Virus record (IMG/VR): IMGVR_UViG_3300025131_007349
DNA: 20,000 bases
Direction: 5' to 3' (one strand)
DNA from: an uncultured virus (IMG/VR IMGVR_UViG_3300025131_007349)
Taxonomy: Duplodnaviria > Heunggongvirae > Uroviricota > Caudoviricetes
Part shown: positions 10,232 through 18,202 of the stretch, one piece after another
Layout of the letters: each line of letters opens with the position of its first letter
Position numbering within the stretch: the stretch's first letter is position 1
Translations under genes and position numbers: made by a program
The notes under the pieces: model-generated
What the model was told of the DNA's origin: nothing
Database searches by the model: none
The model's input: the letters and a program-made list of their open reading frames with translations, nothing else

Positions 10232-12160
10232 ATGGCATGTAATTTAACGGGAATAACAATTAATATAGGTGGTGGTATTTCACCCTATAATATAAGTCTT
10301 TGTGACCAAGGATGTGAAACTGGTTGCAATAATGTAGCTTCTACGAATTATGATTGTGTTTATTTTACCGCATGTTGTGGAACTTATGGTTTATTAATAG
10401 AAGATGTTTCTGGATGTACAAGTTGTTCTGATTTAATAGTAGATACTTGTTTTACTACTACGACAACTACAACCGTAGCTCCAGCTACCACCACAACGAC
10501 AATATCTCCAGCTACTACAACAACATCAACTACGTCAGCTCCTACAGCTGCTACATTGTTTAGACCATGTGATGGCCAAAGTGGATGCACAGGCCATCCT
10601 AATATTATAACACCAAGTGTTGTAGGGGGTGGAGCAGAAATTACTATGTCAATGAACATACCGTCCTATACTAGAGTAAAAGGAGCTACTATTTCTACCG
10701 ATGATATATATTCCGGTTATACTGATTCTGATGGAATCGAACATATGTCATACCATGATTATATAGTAAACAAATATGCAGATACTATCACCTCTACAGG
10801 AGTAACTTCTATACATGTAGGACGAAAAATCACCAATAATATAGATACAGGTGTTTATTGTATCACTATAAGTGTTGTAGAAAAGAAAGATTTAAGTGAA
10901 CTAAGTGAGAGTGAATTATTACCAACAGAACTAGACGAGATACCAACAGATATAGTAGCGACAGGGGAATATATATTACACTCTTCATGTTTATATGATA
11001 AAGCTTTAATACTAACTGAAAGTACACAATGTCTCCCTAGTTTCCCTCCAGGTACTTTTGGGTGTGGTCCTTTGAATGGGACAGTTATTAGTTACCCTGC
11101 CTGTTCAGACCATGGAAATCCTTATTATTCACCAGCTACTAACCAGAGAGCTATTCCTGGTGGCGTTAGTATTGGTACAACCAATTCACTTGCTGCATTT
11201 GGTGGTAGAGTAAATGGGACATTAGGATGGTTAGCTTATGATAATAGTGACGACAGAATAGTTGCTATAACCAATAATCACGTTATAGGATATAATTTTG
11301 TTGCGGCAGGATTAAACGCAGACCCAATTAATTATCCTGGTTTAGATTGTGGTTCTGCTGCCGGTGCAACTTCAAATGGTGGAGCACAACCACCAAACTG
11401 GACAACAGGTTACGTAACCCAACAACCAAGCTATCCAGATAACGGATATTCAAGTGCTGGGGTACAAATGGGTTCAGTAAAAAGATTCCATCCTATATGT
11501 CACGATTATACACAAAATAAGGTTGATGGTGCGGTTATAGAATTAACCGAAGAACCTACAACCACTCAACTAGGTCTTGCATGGGGACCTTTCCAACACG
11601 CTACAACAGCAGAAATAAATGCATGTGTAGGAAGTTATGTTTATAAAGTAGGAAGAACTACTGGTAATATGTTAAGTGTAAGTTATCCAGATGTTGTAAT
11701 AACTACAGTTAACGCAGCTAATATAGCATTAGACGGGACAGGTCTCTTTAAGTACAACAACCAAATAATATATCAATCAGTAGGCGATGGTGACCCATCC
11801 GCGGGTGCTCCAGGTGATTCTGGTTCTTCTCTTTTATGTTGTGTAGGTGGAGCATTAAAAGTAGTTGGACTTAATTTTGCAGGTAATTATCCAACAGGAA
11901 TATGTTGTGGATTTAGTGCAGGTGATATAAATACTATATGGCCTAATGGGTTTATTGCTATTGCCAATCGTATAGACGAAGTAGAATCTAAATTAAATAT
12001 TTCTTCATGGGACGGTTCTATAGTAGTATCTTCTACAGCATCTAACTATATAAAAGTTAATGATAAATGTTATTATAACGCAGGAACTACTACCAGACCA
12101 GTACAACACACTATAGATGCTTCTTATACAGATTGTTCATCTTGTAATTCTTCTATCTAA
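10232..12160 (+). CDS. Trypsin-like (S1/PA clan, Nal1-type) serine protease fused to a SprB-like repeat, poly-Thr linker and Cys module
   Basis: Motifs GTLG, ITNNHVI (His350), VDGAVI (Asp432), YKVGRTTG, PGDSGS (Ser530) and VVGLNFAG. The upstream VGRK...CITISVVEKK...ELLP.ELDEIPTDIV segment resembles the N-terminal domain of Nal1-like proteases. The N-terminus GGGISPY...GTYGLLIEDVSGC resembles a SprB repeat. Confidence 0.85.
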   Translation: MACNLTGITINIGGGISPYNISLCDQGCETGCNNVASTNYDCVYFTACCGTYGLLIEDVSGCTSCSDLIVDTCFTTTTTTTVAPATTTTTISPATTTTSTTSAPTAATLFRPCDGQSGCTGHPNIITPSVVGGGAEITMSMNIPSYTRVKGATISTDDIYSGYTDSDGIEHMSYHDYIVNKYADTITSTGVTSIHVGRKITNNIDTGVYCITISVVEKKDLSELSESELLPTELDEIPTDIVATGEYILHSSCLYDKALILTESTQCLPSFPPGTFGCGPLNGTVISYPACSDHGNPYYSPATNQRAIPGGVSIGTTNSLAAFGGRVNGTLGWLAYDNSDDRIVAITNNHVIGYNFVAAGLNADPINYPGLDCGSAAGATSNGGAQPPNWTTGYVTQQPSYPDNGYSSAGVQMGSVKRFHPICHDYTQNKVDGAVIELTEEPTTTQLGLAWGPFQHATTAEINACVGSYVYKVGRTTGNMLSVSYPDVVITTVNAANIALDGTGLFKYNNQIIYQSVGDGDPSAGAPGDSGSSLLCCVGGALKVVGLNFAGNYPTGICCGFSAGDINTIWPNGFIAIANRIDEVESKLNISSWDGSIVVSSTASNYIKVNDKCYYNAGTTTRPVQHTIDASYTDCSSCNSSI

Positions 12161-12214
12161 TAATTTATTTACTATAGTCAGAAACCATTTAATTTTATTT
12201 AAAAAATAGATTAT

Positions 12215-13186
12215 ATGATTTTTATCTGTGCACAACCTGACGTACCATATTTCCATTGGCAAATAAGAATGCTATTCTTTAATTTTGAGAAATTTGGAAT
12301 TATTAATAAATGTAGAGCAATATTCGGTTTAATGAATGGAGCTCAAGAACCAAGTGAAGGACTAAAAAAGTTACTAAGAGATTATCCAGATAATATTTAT
12401 TTTTATAAAGATACTAGAATAAATAGGTCATATATTCCAAGCATTAAACCACACTTAGTAAAACATTACTTAAAAGAACATCCACAAGACGGTAAATGTA
12501 TATTTTTAACTGATTCAGATATTTTGTTTAGACAATTACCAGATTTCGGGTCCATGTTATTTGATGACATATGCTATGTTTCAGAATGTCCTGGGTATAT
12601 AGATTATAACTACATAAAAGGTTGTTGTGATAGGTATAAAACACAACATCCACAGTTAGGTGATATCGAATTATTAGAAGATATGGCAGATAAGGTTGGT
12701 ATATCAGTAGACGTTATCAAACAAAATAATGATAAATCTGGAGGAGCACAATACCTTATAAAGGACACAGATTATCATTTTTGGCATAAAGTAGACCTTG
12801 ATTGTAATAGAATATACGATACAACAAGAAAGTTTGGTGACAAATACCCTATACCAGCACATATACAATTTTGGACCGCAGAAATGTGGGCCATATTATG
12901 GAATATGTGGTATTTTGGAAAAGAAACAGCTTTACACTCTGAATTAGCTTTTAGTTGGGCCACTGACCCAGTCTCTAGATACGAAGAAAGGAACATATTT
13001 CATTTAGCTGGTATATTAGACGAAATGAAAGATGAAAAGTTCTATAAGGGTGAGTTCATCAATAAATGTCCATTCATGGAATACAAAAACAACCCAACAA
13101 AATTCCAAAATTACTCACCAGAATTCGGTGCAATAAAATACGTAGAAGAAATAAAACGATTCATTGAGTCGAAACGACCTTACTGA
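12215..13186 (+). CDS. Putative GT-A fold glycosyltransferase, similar to plant peptidyl-Ser galactosyl- / Hyp arabinosyl-transferases (GT96/GT95-like)
   Basis: 323 aa with normal globular composition. DxD motif after a hydrophobic strand (IFLTDSDILFR, 12512-12520). Ordered motifs YFHWQ, YIPSIKP..V.HYL, DKSGG and WTAEMW parallel the YFDWQ, YPAINKP..V..WL, DKVGG and WISEMY motifs I recall from SGT1. Confidence 0.75.
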   Translation: MIFICAQPDVPYFHWQIRMLFFNFEKFGIINKCRAIFGLMNGAQEPSEGLKKLLRDYPDNIYFYKDTRINRSYIPSIKPHLVKHYLKEHPQDGKCIFLTDSDILFRQLPDFGSMLFDDICYVSECPGYIDYNYIKGCCDRYKTQHPQLGDIELLEDMADKVGISVDVIKQNNDKSGGAQYLIKDTDYHFWHKVDLDCNRIYDTTRKFGDKYPIPAHIQFWTAEMWAILWNMWYFGKETALHSELAFSWATDPVSRYEERNIFHLAGILDEMKDEKFYKGEFINKCPFMEYKNNPTKFQNYSPEFGAIKYVEEIKRFIESKRPY

Positions 13187-13187
13187 T

Positions 13188-13203
13188 TATTTATATATAA
13201 ATA
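13188..13203 (+). promoter_or_regulatory. TATTTAT motif with an adjacent TATAAATA, putative late promoter
   Basis: TATTTAT at 13188-13194 starts 28 nt upstream of ATG 13216. TATAAATA at 13196-13203 equals the T4 late consensus but lies in a nearly pure AT tract. Confidence 0.5.
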
Positions 13204-13215
13204 AATAATTAATTT

Positions 13216-16200
13216 ATGGCCTATACCGGTAACGTACATGTTTCACTATATGCTATTCCAGATTACTGTAATCCGGGGGCTATATGGGCATCAGACCAAG
13301 AAAACCCTCTCCAACCAGGAGGGTCACTAAACTATATTTACAACAATGCAACTAATGCATTTGGACTCCAATCGCCATTTTTTGATGCAGGATATTATTT
13401 TATTGGTGATACTGTAAAAATGTCCGCTGATACAGGCGGAGATGGTGGGATATATACTAGTGCTGCAAATTGGAACACACTTCGATTCGGTCAACCAGCA
13501 CATTCTAAGTTTGACCATGCAATGCGTACTATGCATTGGTTAAAGGCCTGTGAATATACTGATGGTTCTGCATTTACTCATACATTATCTGGAGTTACTA
13601 GTGGTGGTACTAAACCTTATATCTATAAATGGGAAAACCAAGCTCATCCATATACTGGGAATATTTTTAATTTATATACTCTAGCTAGTGCTTATACTGC
13701 TAGTGATTCATGGGGAGGATATAGTGGTCAGACCTATACATGGGCTGGAACAGGAGATACCGTATATGGATTTTTTGATAATACATATGCACAAATTTAT
13801 ACCGGACCGTCAAGAGTTAAGTTAACTGTTACCGACTTTACTGGTGGTACAGCTAGTACATTTATGTCCTTAAGTTCAGGATGTACAACAATGCCATGGT
13901 CAGCGGCAACGACAACCACTACTACCGCACCTCCAGTTACAGGGTATTGTTATGAACTGAGAAGTTGTAATCCGTATTATGATACTGGATACACATTCTC
14001 CACAATGTTCACAGCATCCACACTATCAGCAGGAAGTCATTATGAAATCTTAGCACCACCAAACCTTAATGGTATAGAACATTGTTGGCAAATTGTTAGT
14101 GCTTGTGGTTATACTGTAGGAACAAATATAGGTGCTAAAGTAATGGCTGGACCATTTAGTGGATGTTGTGACCCTACAGCTACTGGAGCTTGTAGAACTA
14201 TGTGGTGCCCACCACCACCAGAAACAACTACAACAACTGTTGAACCAGGAACTACAACAACAAGTACAACCACGATTGTGCCTGCAACAACAACCACAAC
14301 CACTTGTAACTTAAGATATGAAGTAGAACCTTGTGTAAGCACAGGAGGAACAATAACAATAATGTTAACAGGCTCATCATGCTTAGATATAACTTTAAGT
14401 GCGGGAAGCTATTATAGGCTAGAGACTGGATGGCCTGAGTGTGTAACTGATTGTTATCATATAATTACAGGATTAACATATGGTGTTTCAGGGGTTCAAA
14501 CTGATATAATTGCTGGTGTATTTAGTTCTTGTACACATTGTGACCAAGGATGGATTGGGGAGACTACGACAACCACTACTATGTGGCCACCATGGACAAC
14601 TACTACCACTTCTCCAGTTACAGAAACTACTACTTGTGCTTATTATGAAGCAGATGCAACAGTACATGTAGTTACACAAAGTGCGAGGACAGCTAATGAT
14701 GTAATGAACATATGGTCTATATTACCTAGTGGGTTAACTCATAGTCCATATGATTATGATTGTCGTTTAAAATTAAAACCAATTACTGGGTATAGTAGTT
14801 ATAATATTGATTATAGTATAATTAGTGCAACTGGTAGTTGTGAAGGTTATTATAATGAATTAGCTGGAGGATTTTACCAAGGATTTTATAAATTACAAGG
14901 ATACCCTTATGAGGTTTTACCTACTAGGGTAGAATGTGGTTGGACTGTAGAGACAATAATTAGACCTAGATGTAATACTATATGTAATGGTTATACTTTG
15001 AATGATTTATTTCCAGATAATAAAGGGATATTCTTTTATATGGGGACAAGAGCTGAGAATAAATTCAGGATACCCTATTCGGGAGAAAATTGTATAGAAA
15101 CTTGTGAACCATCTTGTTCAGGAAATTCTATAACTTTACAGACTGCTGGGTGTGACACTTATATGGATAATTGTGGAAATGTACATGAAGAATGTACTTC
15201 AGCTACAACATACCCATATTTTGTAGATTGTTGTAGTAATAATTTTGCTTTAATGTTAAGTGGAAATTGTGAAACAGGGTATAGATTAGGTTATAAAGCA
15301 TTATATTTTTCTGGTGGTTGTGTTGTGACAGGAACTACCGATGAAACGGTACACTACGATAGATGTGGCCACCCATATATGGTAAGTTCTAATAATCCTG
15401 ATTGTGGTACAGCTTTTACTTATATGACCGCATGTACAGTAATTAATCGTTTTAGTGATGATATAATATGCGACTTTACAGGACAAACAGACGCGCCCTG
15501 GCTTTATATAAGTGCTGTTTTCGAAAGAGATTATTGTTGGGATTGTTGTGACTTAGAAAATCAAGGAGGAGTCAATGACTTAATACACGAAAGAATACCT
15601 GGAGTAGACTCGGTGTTTGGATATAATGATGCAGAACTCCCAACATATCTAAACTTCACAAAAAAATGGGTACAAGAAAAGAAATATAGAATGGGCACAT
15701 TAACAATTTATGTTAATGGTAGACCAGTTTTTATAGATAAGAATTTCGAGGAAATCATCCCACGACAACTTAATACAGCAAATCAATTACAAGTAGGTGT
15801 GCCATTTAATATTAGTTGGGGTGGTGGTTCACAAGGATTATTAGAATCATTTAGATTTGATGGTTGTGAATGTGATAGTGATATAATTACAGATTCACAA
15901 GTAGATTGTATAACAGAAAACTTTGCGGGGACATTTATGGGAGCTATATCTCAGTTTAGGTATTATTTAAAACCTTTAGGTGCTGATGAGGTACAACATA
16001 ATTTCTTAGTGGATAAGGATAGATATGGATTAATAGATTGTAAATGTGAAGATACAGCATGTAATAAAGCAAGAACAATATACTATATCGAAGGAGATTC
16101 TGTCGATGTAATGCTAAACTATCCTGTACCAATAACCGTCCTAGATTTTGGTGGATTTGATACTTATATAGACGTTACAAAGTACGAAGGAATTAAATTT

Positions 16201-16389
16201 AAATCCATTTTAGTTGATAATATAAGCTCTTTTACAATTAAAAGATACCCAGAATCAGTAATTACAGATGTTGTAGTCGAAACTTTACCGTTCTGTGTCG
16301 GGCCAAACGATATAGTTCAAATAATTATTAATAGAGTAGACACCAATAAAAAAGCGAGTGCTACATTAATAGGTAACCTATATAAGTAA
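13216..16389 (+). CDS. Large structural protein with Cys modules, poly-Thr linkers and a C-terminal LamG/concanavalin A-like domain
   Basis: 1057 aa. LamG-like strand pattern WTVETIIRP ... WLYISAVF ... LTIYVNG ... FMGAISQFRYYLKPL. SprB/PKD-like SGGTKPYIYKW...KLTVTD near the N-terminus. Confidence 0.75.
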   Translation: MAYTGNVHVSLYAIPDYCNPGAIWASDQENPLQPGGSLNYIYNNATNAFGLQSPFFDAGYYFIGDTVKMSADTGGDGGIYTSAANWNTLRFGQPAHSKFDHAMRTMHWLKACEYTDGSAFTHTLSGVTSGGTKPYIYKWENQAHPYTGNIFNLYTLASAYTASDSWGGYSGQTYTWAGTGDTVYGFFDNTYAQIYTGPSRVKLTVTDFTGGTASTFMSLSSGCTTMPWSAATTTTTTAPPVTGYCYELRSCNPYYDTGYTFSTMFTASTLSAGSHYEILAPPNLNGIEHCWQIVSACGYTVGTNIGAKVMAGPFSGCCDPTATGACRTMWCPPPPETTTTTVEPGTTTTSTTTIVPATTTTTTCNLRYEVEPCVSTGGTITIMLTGSSCLDITLSAGSYYRLETGWPECVTDCYHIITGLTYGVSGVQTDIIAGVFSSCTHCDQGWIGETTTTTTMWPPWTTTTTSPVTETTTCAYYEADATVHVVTQSARTANDVMNIWSILPSGLTHSPYDYDCRLKLKPITGYSSYNIDYSIISATGSCEGYYNELAGGFYQGFYKLQGYPYEVLPTRVECGWTVETIIRPRCNTICNGYTLNDLFPDNKGIFFYMGTRAENKFRIPYSGENCIETCEPSCSGNSITLQTAGCDTYMDNCGNVHEECTSATTYPYFVDCCSNNFALMLSGNCETGYRLGYKALYFSGGCVVTGTTDETVHYDRCGHPYMVSSNNPDCGTAFTYMTACTVINRFSDDIICDFTGQTDAPWLYISAVFERDYCWDCCDLENQGGVNDLIHERIPGVDSVFGYNDAELPTYLNFTKKWVQEKKYRMGTLTIYVNGRPVFIDKNFEEIIPRQLNTANQLQVGVPFNISWGGGSQGLLESFRFDGCECDSDIITDSQVDCITENFAGTFMGAISQFRYYLKPLGADEVQHNFLVDKDRYGLIDCKCEDTACNKARTIYYIEGDSVDVMLNYPVPITVLDFGGFDTYIDVTKYEGIKFKSILVDNISSFTIKRYPESVITDVVVETLPFCVGPNDIVQIIINRVDTNKKASATLIGNLYK

Positions 16390-16679
16390 TGAGTTGTAAT
16401 TGTAAAAATATAATAGAAGTTTTCCAAGGTGGGGATGTACCTTTACCAGCTACTTTTTATTCCAGCGTGACACTAACTCAGTTATGTCACACTGTAGAAG
16501 GAACCAAAGACTTACTAAAAATATTAAGTCTAGGAGCTCACCCATCTCCACTACAGATTGGAGACACTTACTGCATCTTTGAGAACATGCAAACATTTCA
16601 TGCGGATGAATACATAAACGAAGGTGGTACTTTAGGTATAGATGGGGAACTAGTACTTTACGGAACAGACTTTGTATAA
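16389..16679 (+). CDS. Small hypothetical protein (96 aa), possible fibre/baseplate accessory
   Basis: The ATG overlaps the upstream stop (TAATG), implying translational coupling, and the ORF fills the gap exactly. Confidence 0.75.
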   Translation: MSCNCKNIIEVFQGGDVPLPATFYSSVTLTQLCHTVEGTKDLLKILSLGAHPSPLQIGDTYCIFENMQTFHADEYINEGGTLGIDGELVLYGTDFV

Positions 16680-16699
16680 AAAAATAAAAATAAGAAAAA

Positions 16700-17449
16700 A
16701 TGCCAGCAATTATTAGAATTAAAAAAGAAGACCCTAGTGGTATAACAATACCACCTAGTGGAAATGCTACCCTATTGGTTGGATATGATGTAGTATCAGG
16801 GATAGACTATAATAACCATATAACCCTTAAACTTGACGATGGAACATTAAAACGTGCAGGCCAATGGATAATAGAAGATAACTTAACAAATTCATCAGGA
16901 TTACCATTTGTTGGAGATGTAGATTTTAATGGGGATATCACAATAGGTGATAGTGCTTCAGATAGTCTAGCGGTAAGTGCAACATCAAGATTTGCAGAAT
17001 ACGCTACATTTGGTAAAGGTATATATATTCAGAATGACATTGTACATTTAAGTGATACCGATACCAAGATAGCTTTCTCTACAGACTCTATTGGTTTTTC
17101 TGCAGGTAATAAGACCCATCTAACCCTTACAACATCAGCAATAGAAGTTAATAAAGACAATTTAGATATAGATTTTGTCATTAGAACTACAAATACTAGT
17201 AATATATTTTATGTTGACGCTGCTAGTGATAATATAGGTATTGGTACATCTTCACCAGGAGTGACTAGTATACTAGACGTAGAATCAACCACACAAGGAT
17301 TATCAGTACCTAGAATGACTACCGCTCAGATGAACGCTATCCTAGGACCAACCGCTGGAATGGTTGTATATGCAACGGATGGTGGTTCAGGTAATGGTAA
17401 ATTAATGATTAGAACTTCGGCAGCTTGGGAGACAATAACATCTAGTTAA
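16700..17449 (+). CDS. Tail-fibre-like protein with the IGIGT..P...ILDV.STTQG..VPRMT motif
   Basis: 249 aa. The C-terminal NIGIGTSSPGVTSILDVESTTQGLSVPRMTTAQMNAI..PTAGMVVY matches a motif family common in Bacteroidota fibre-like surface proteins and phage fibres. Confidence 0.7.
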   Translation: MPAIIRIKKEDPSGITIPPSGNATLLVGYDVVSGIDYNNHITLKLDDGTLKRAGQWIIEDNLTNSSGLPFVGDVDFNGDITIGDSASDSLAVSATSRFAEYATFGKGIYIQNDIVHLSDTDTKIAFSTDSIGFSAGNKTHLTLTTSAIEVNKDNLDIDFVIRTTNTSNIFYVDAASDNIGIGTSSPGVTSILDVESTTQGLSVPRMTTAQMNAILGPTAGMVVYATDGGSGNGKLMIRTSAAWETITSS

Positions 17450-17461
17450 TAAAAAATAATA

Positions 17462-18163
17462 ATGATTCGTACTTCTTCTTTAGTTAGTGTAAAATATTTA
17501 AATCAGGCTTTTAAAAGTCTGCAGGGATTATATTTGCCTACATCTGGAGGAACAGAAACTGGTGACGTACATTTTTTAACACCGATATACGCTAATTTAA
17601 GTAAGGAACAAACACAAGTTTATCCAATTACAACTGGTAGTACATCAGGAATAGGGATTCCTGTCACGATTAGGTCTTCTGTGGATTCTGGAAAAAATAG
17701 AGCATTTAGTATATGGTCTAATGATTTTACAGGTACGACATATAATTTAGAATTCGGTATTGATAGAAGTGGTGAATTTAATATAGGTAATACTAATAAT
17801 TTTTATCATCTAAATGCAAGTAGAGGTAGATTCGAAGTTAGAAGTAGTTCATCAGCATCAACATTTATCGTAGACACTTTAACTGGGGCAAATAGATATA
17901 CTGTTACGGTTAATGGTACAGTTTCAGCAGCAACAGGGTATCAGACAGGAAATATAGATGCTGCTATTGATAGTTTACATGACATTGGTAAGGTAGCAAT
18001 AAATCAAGGAAACTATAAGTATTCTCTGGAAGCAGGGGATGTTATGGAGATTCCAAAAAATAACATATTAACACATAATACAAGTCTGGTTGGAGCTTTT
18101 GATGTGGGAGCCGGAGTACTAGTATTAGGTGCAGGAGCATATTTAGACCAGATAGCTTGGTAA
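17462..18163 (+). CDS. Hypothetical beta-rich, tail-fibre-like protein
   Basis: 233 aa. YLPTSGGTETGDV resembles the YLPxxGGTxTG motif of phage fibre proteins; Gly/Ser/Thr-rich beta-type composition. Confidence 0.7.
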   Translation: MIRTSSLVSVKYLNQAFKSLQGLYLPTSGGTETGDVHFLTPIYANLSKEQTQVYPITTGSTSGIGIPVTIRSSVDSGKNRAFSIWSNDFTGTTYNLEFGIDRSGEFNIGNTNNFYHLNASRGRFEVRSSSSASTFIVDTLTGANRYTVTVNGTVSAATGYQTGNIDAAIDSLHDIGKVAINQGNYKYSLEAGDVMEIPKNNILTHNTSLVGAFDVGAGVLVLGAGAYLDQIAW

Positions 18164-18181
18164 AAAGACATAATTAAATGA

Positions 18182-18188
18182 TATTTAA
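18182..18188 (+). promoter_or_regulatory. TATTTAA variant of the intergenic motif
   Basis: Starts 21 nt upstream of ATG 18203; the same variant lies at 12196-12202 before the glycosyltransferase. Confidence 0.4.
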
Positions 18189-18202
18189 TATATAAAGGAC
18201 AT

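Noticed and set aside
10620..12030. Protease insert as an intein
   Set aside because: No Hint-domain splice motifs or homing endonuclease motifs are visible; the motifs are those of a trypsin-like protease.
1..12160. Eukaryotic mucin locus
   Set aside because: No introns, very short intergenic gaps, an overlapping TAATG junction, no signal peptides, and phage-like neighbouring genes.
76..14634. Recurring ACA/ACT-rich tracts as a CRISPR array or microsatellite
   Set aside because: There is no identical direct repeat with regular spacers; the tracts are in-frame, mixed-codon coding sequence.
1398..15486. Short minus-strand ORFs, many with poly-Val runs, and short alternate-frame plus-strand ORFs
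   Set aside because: They lie within long, well-supported genes. Poly-Val is simply the antisense reading of the poly-Thr codons.
18195..18199. AAGGA as a Shine-Dalgarno site
   Set aside because: It is only 3 nt from the ATG and is not seen before the other genes.
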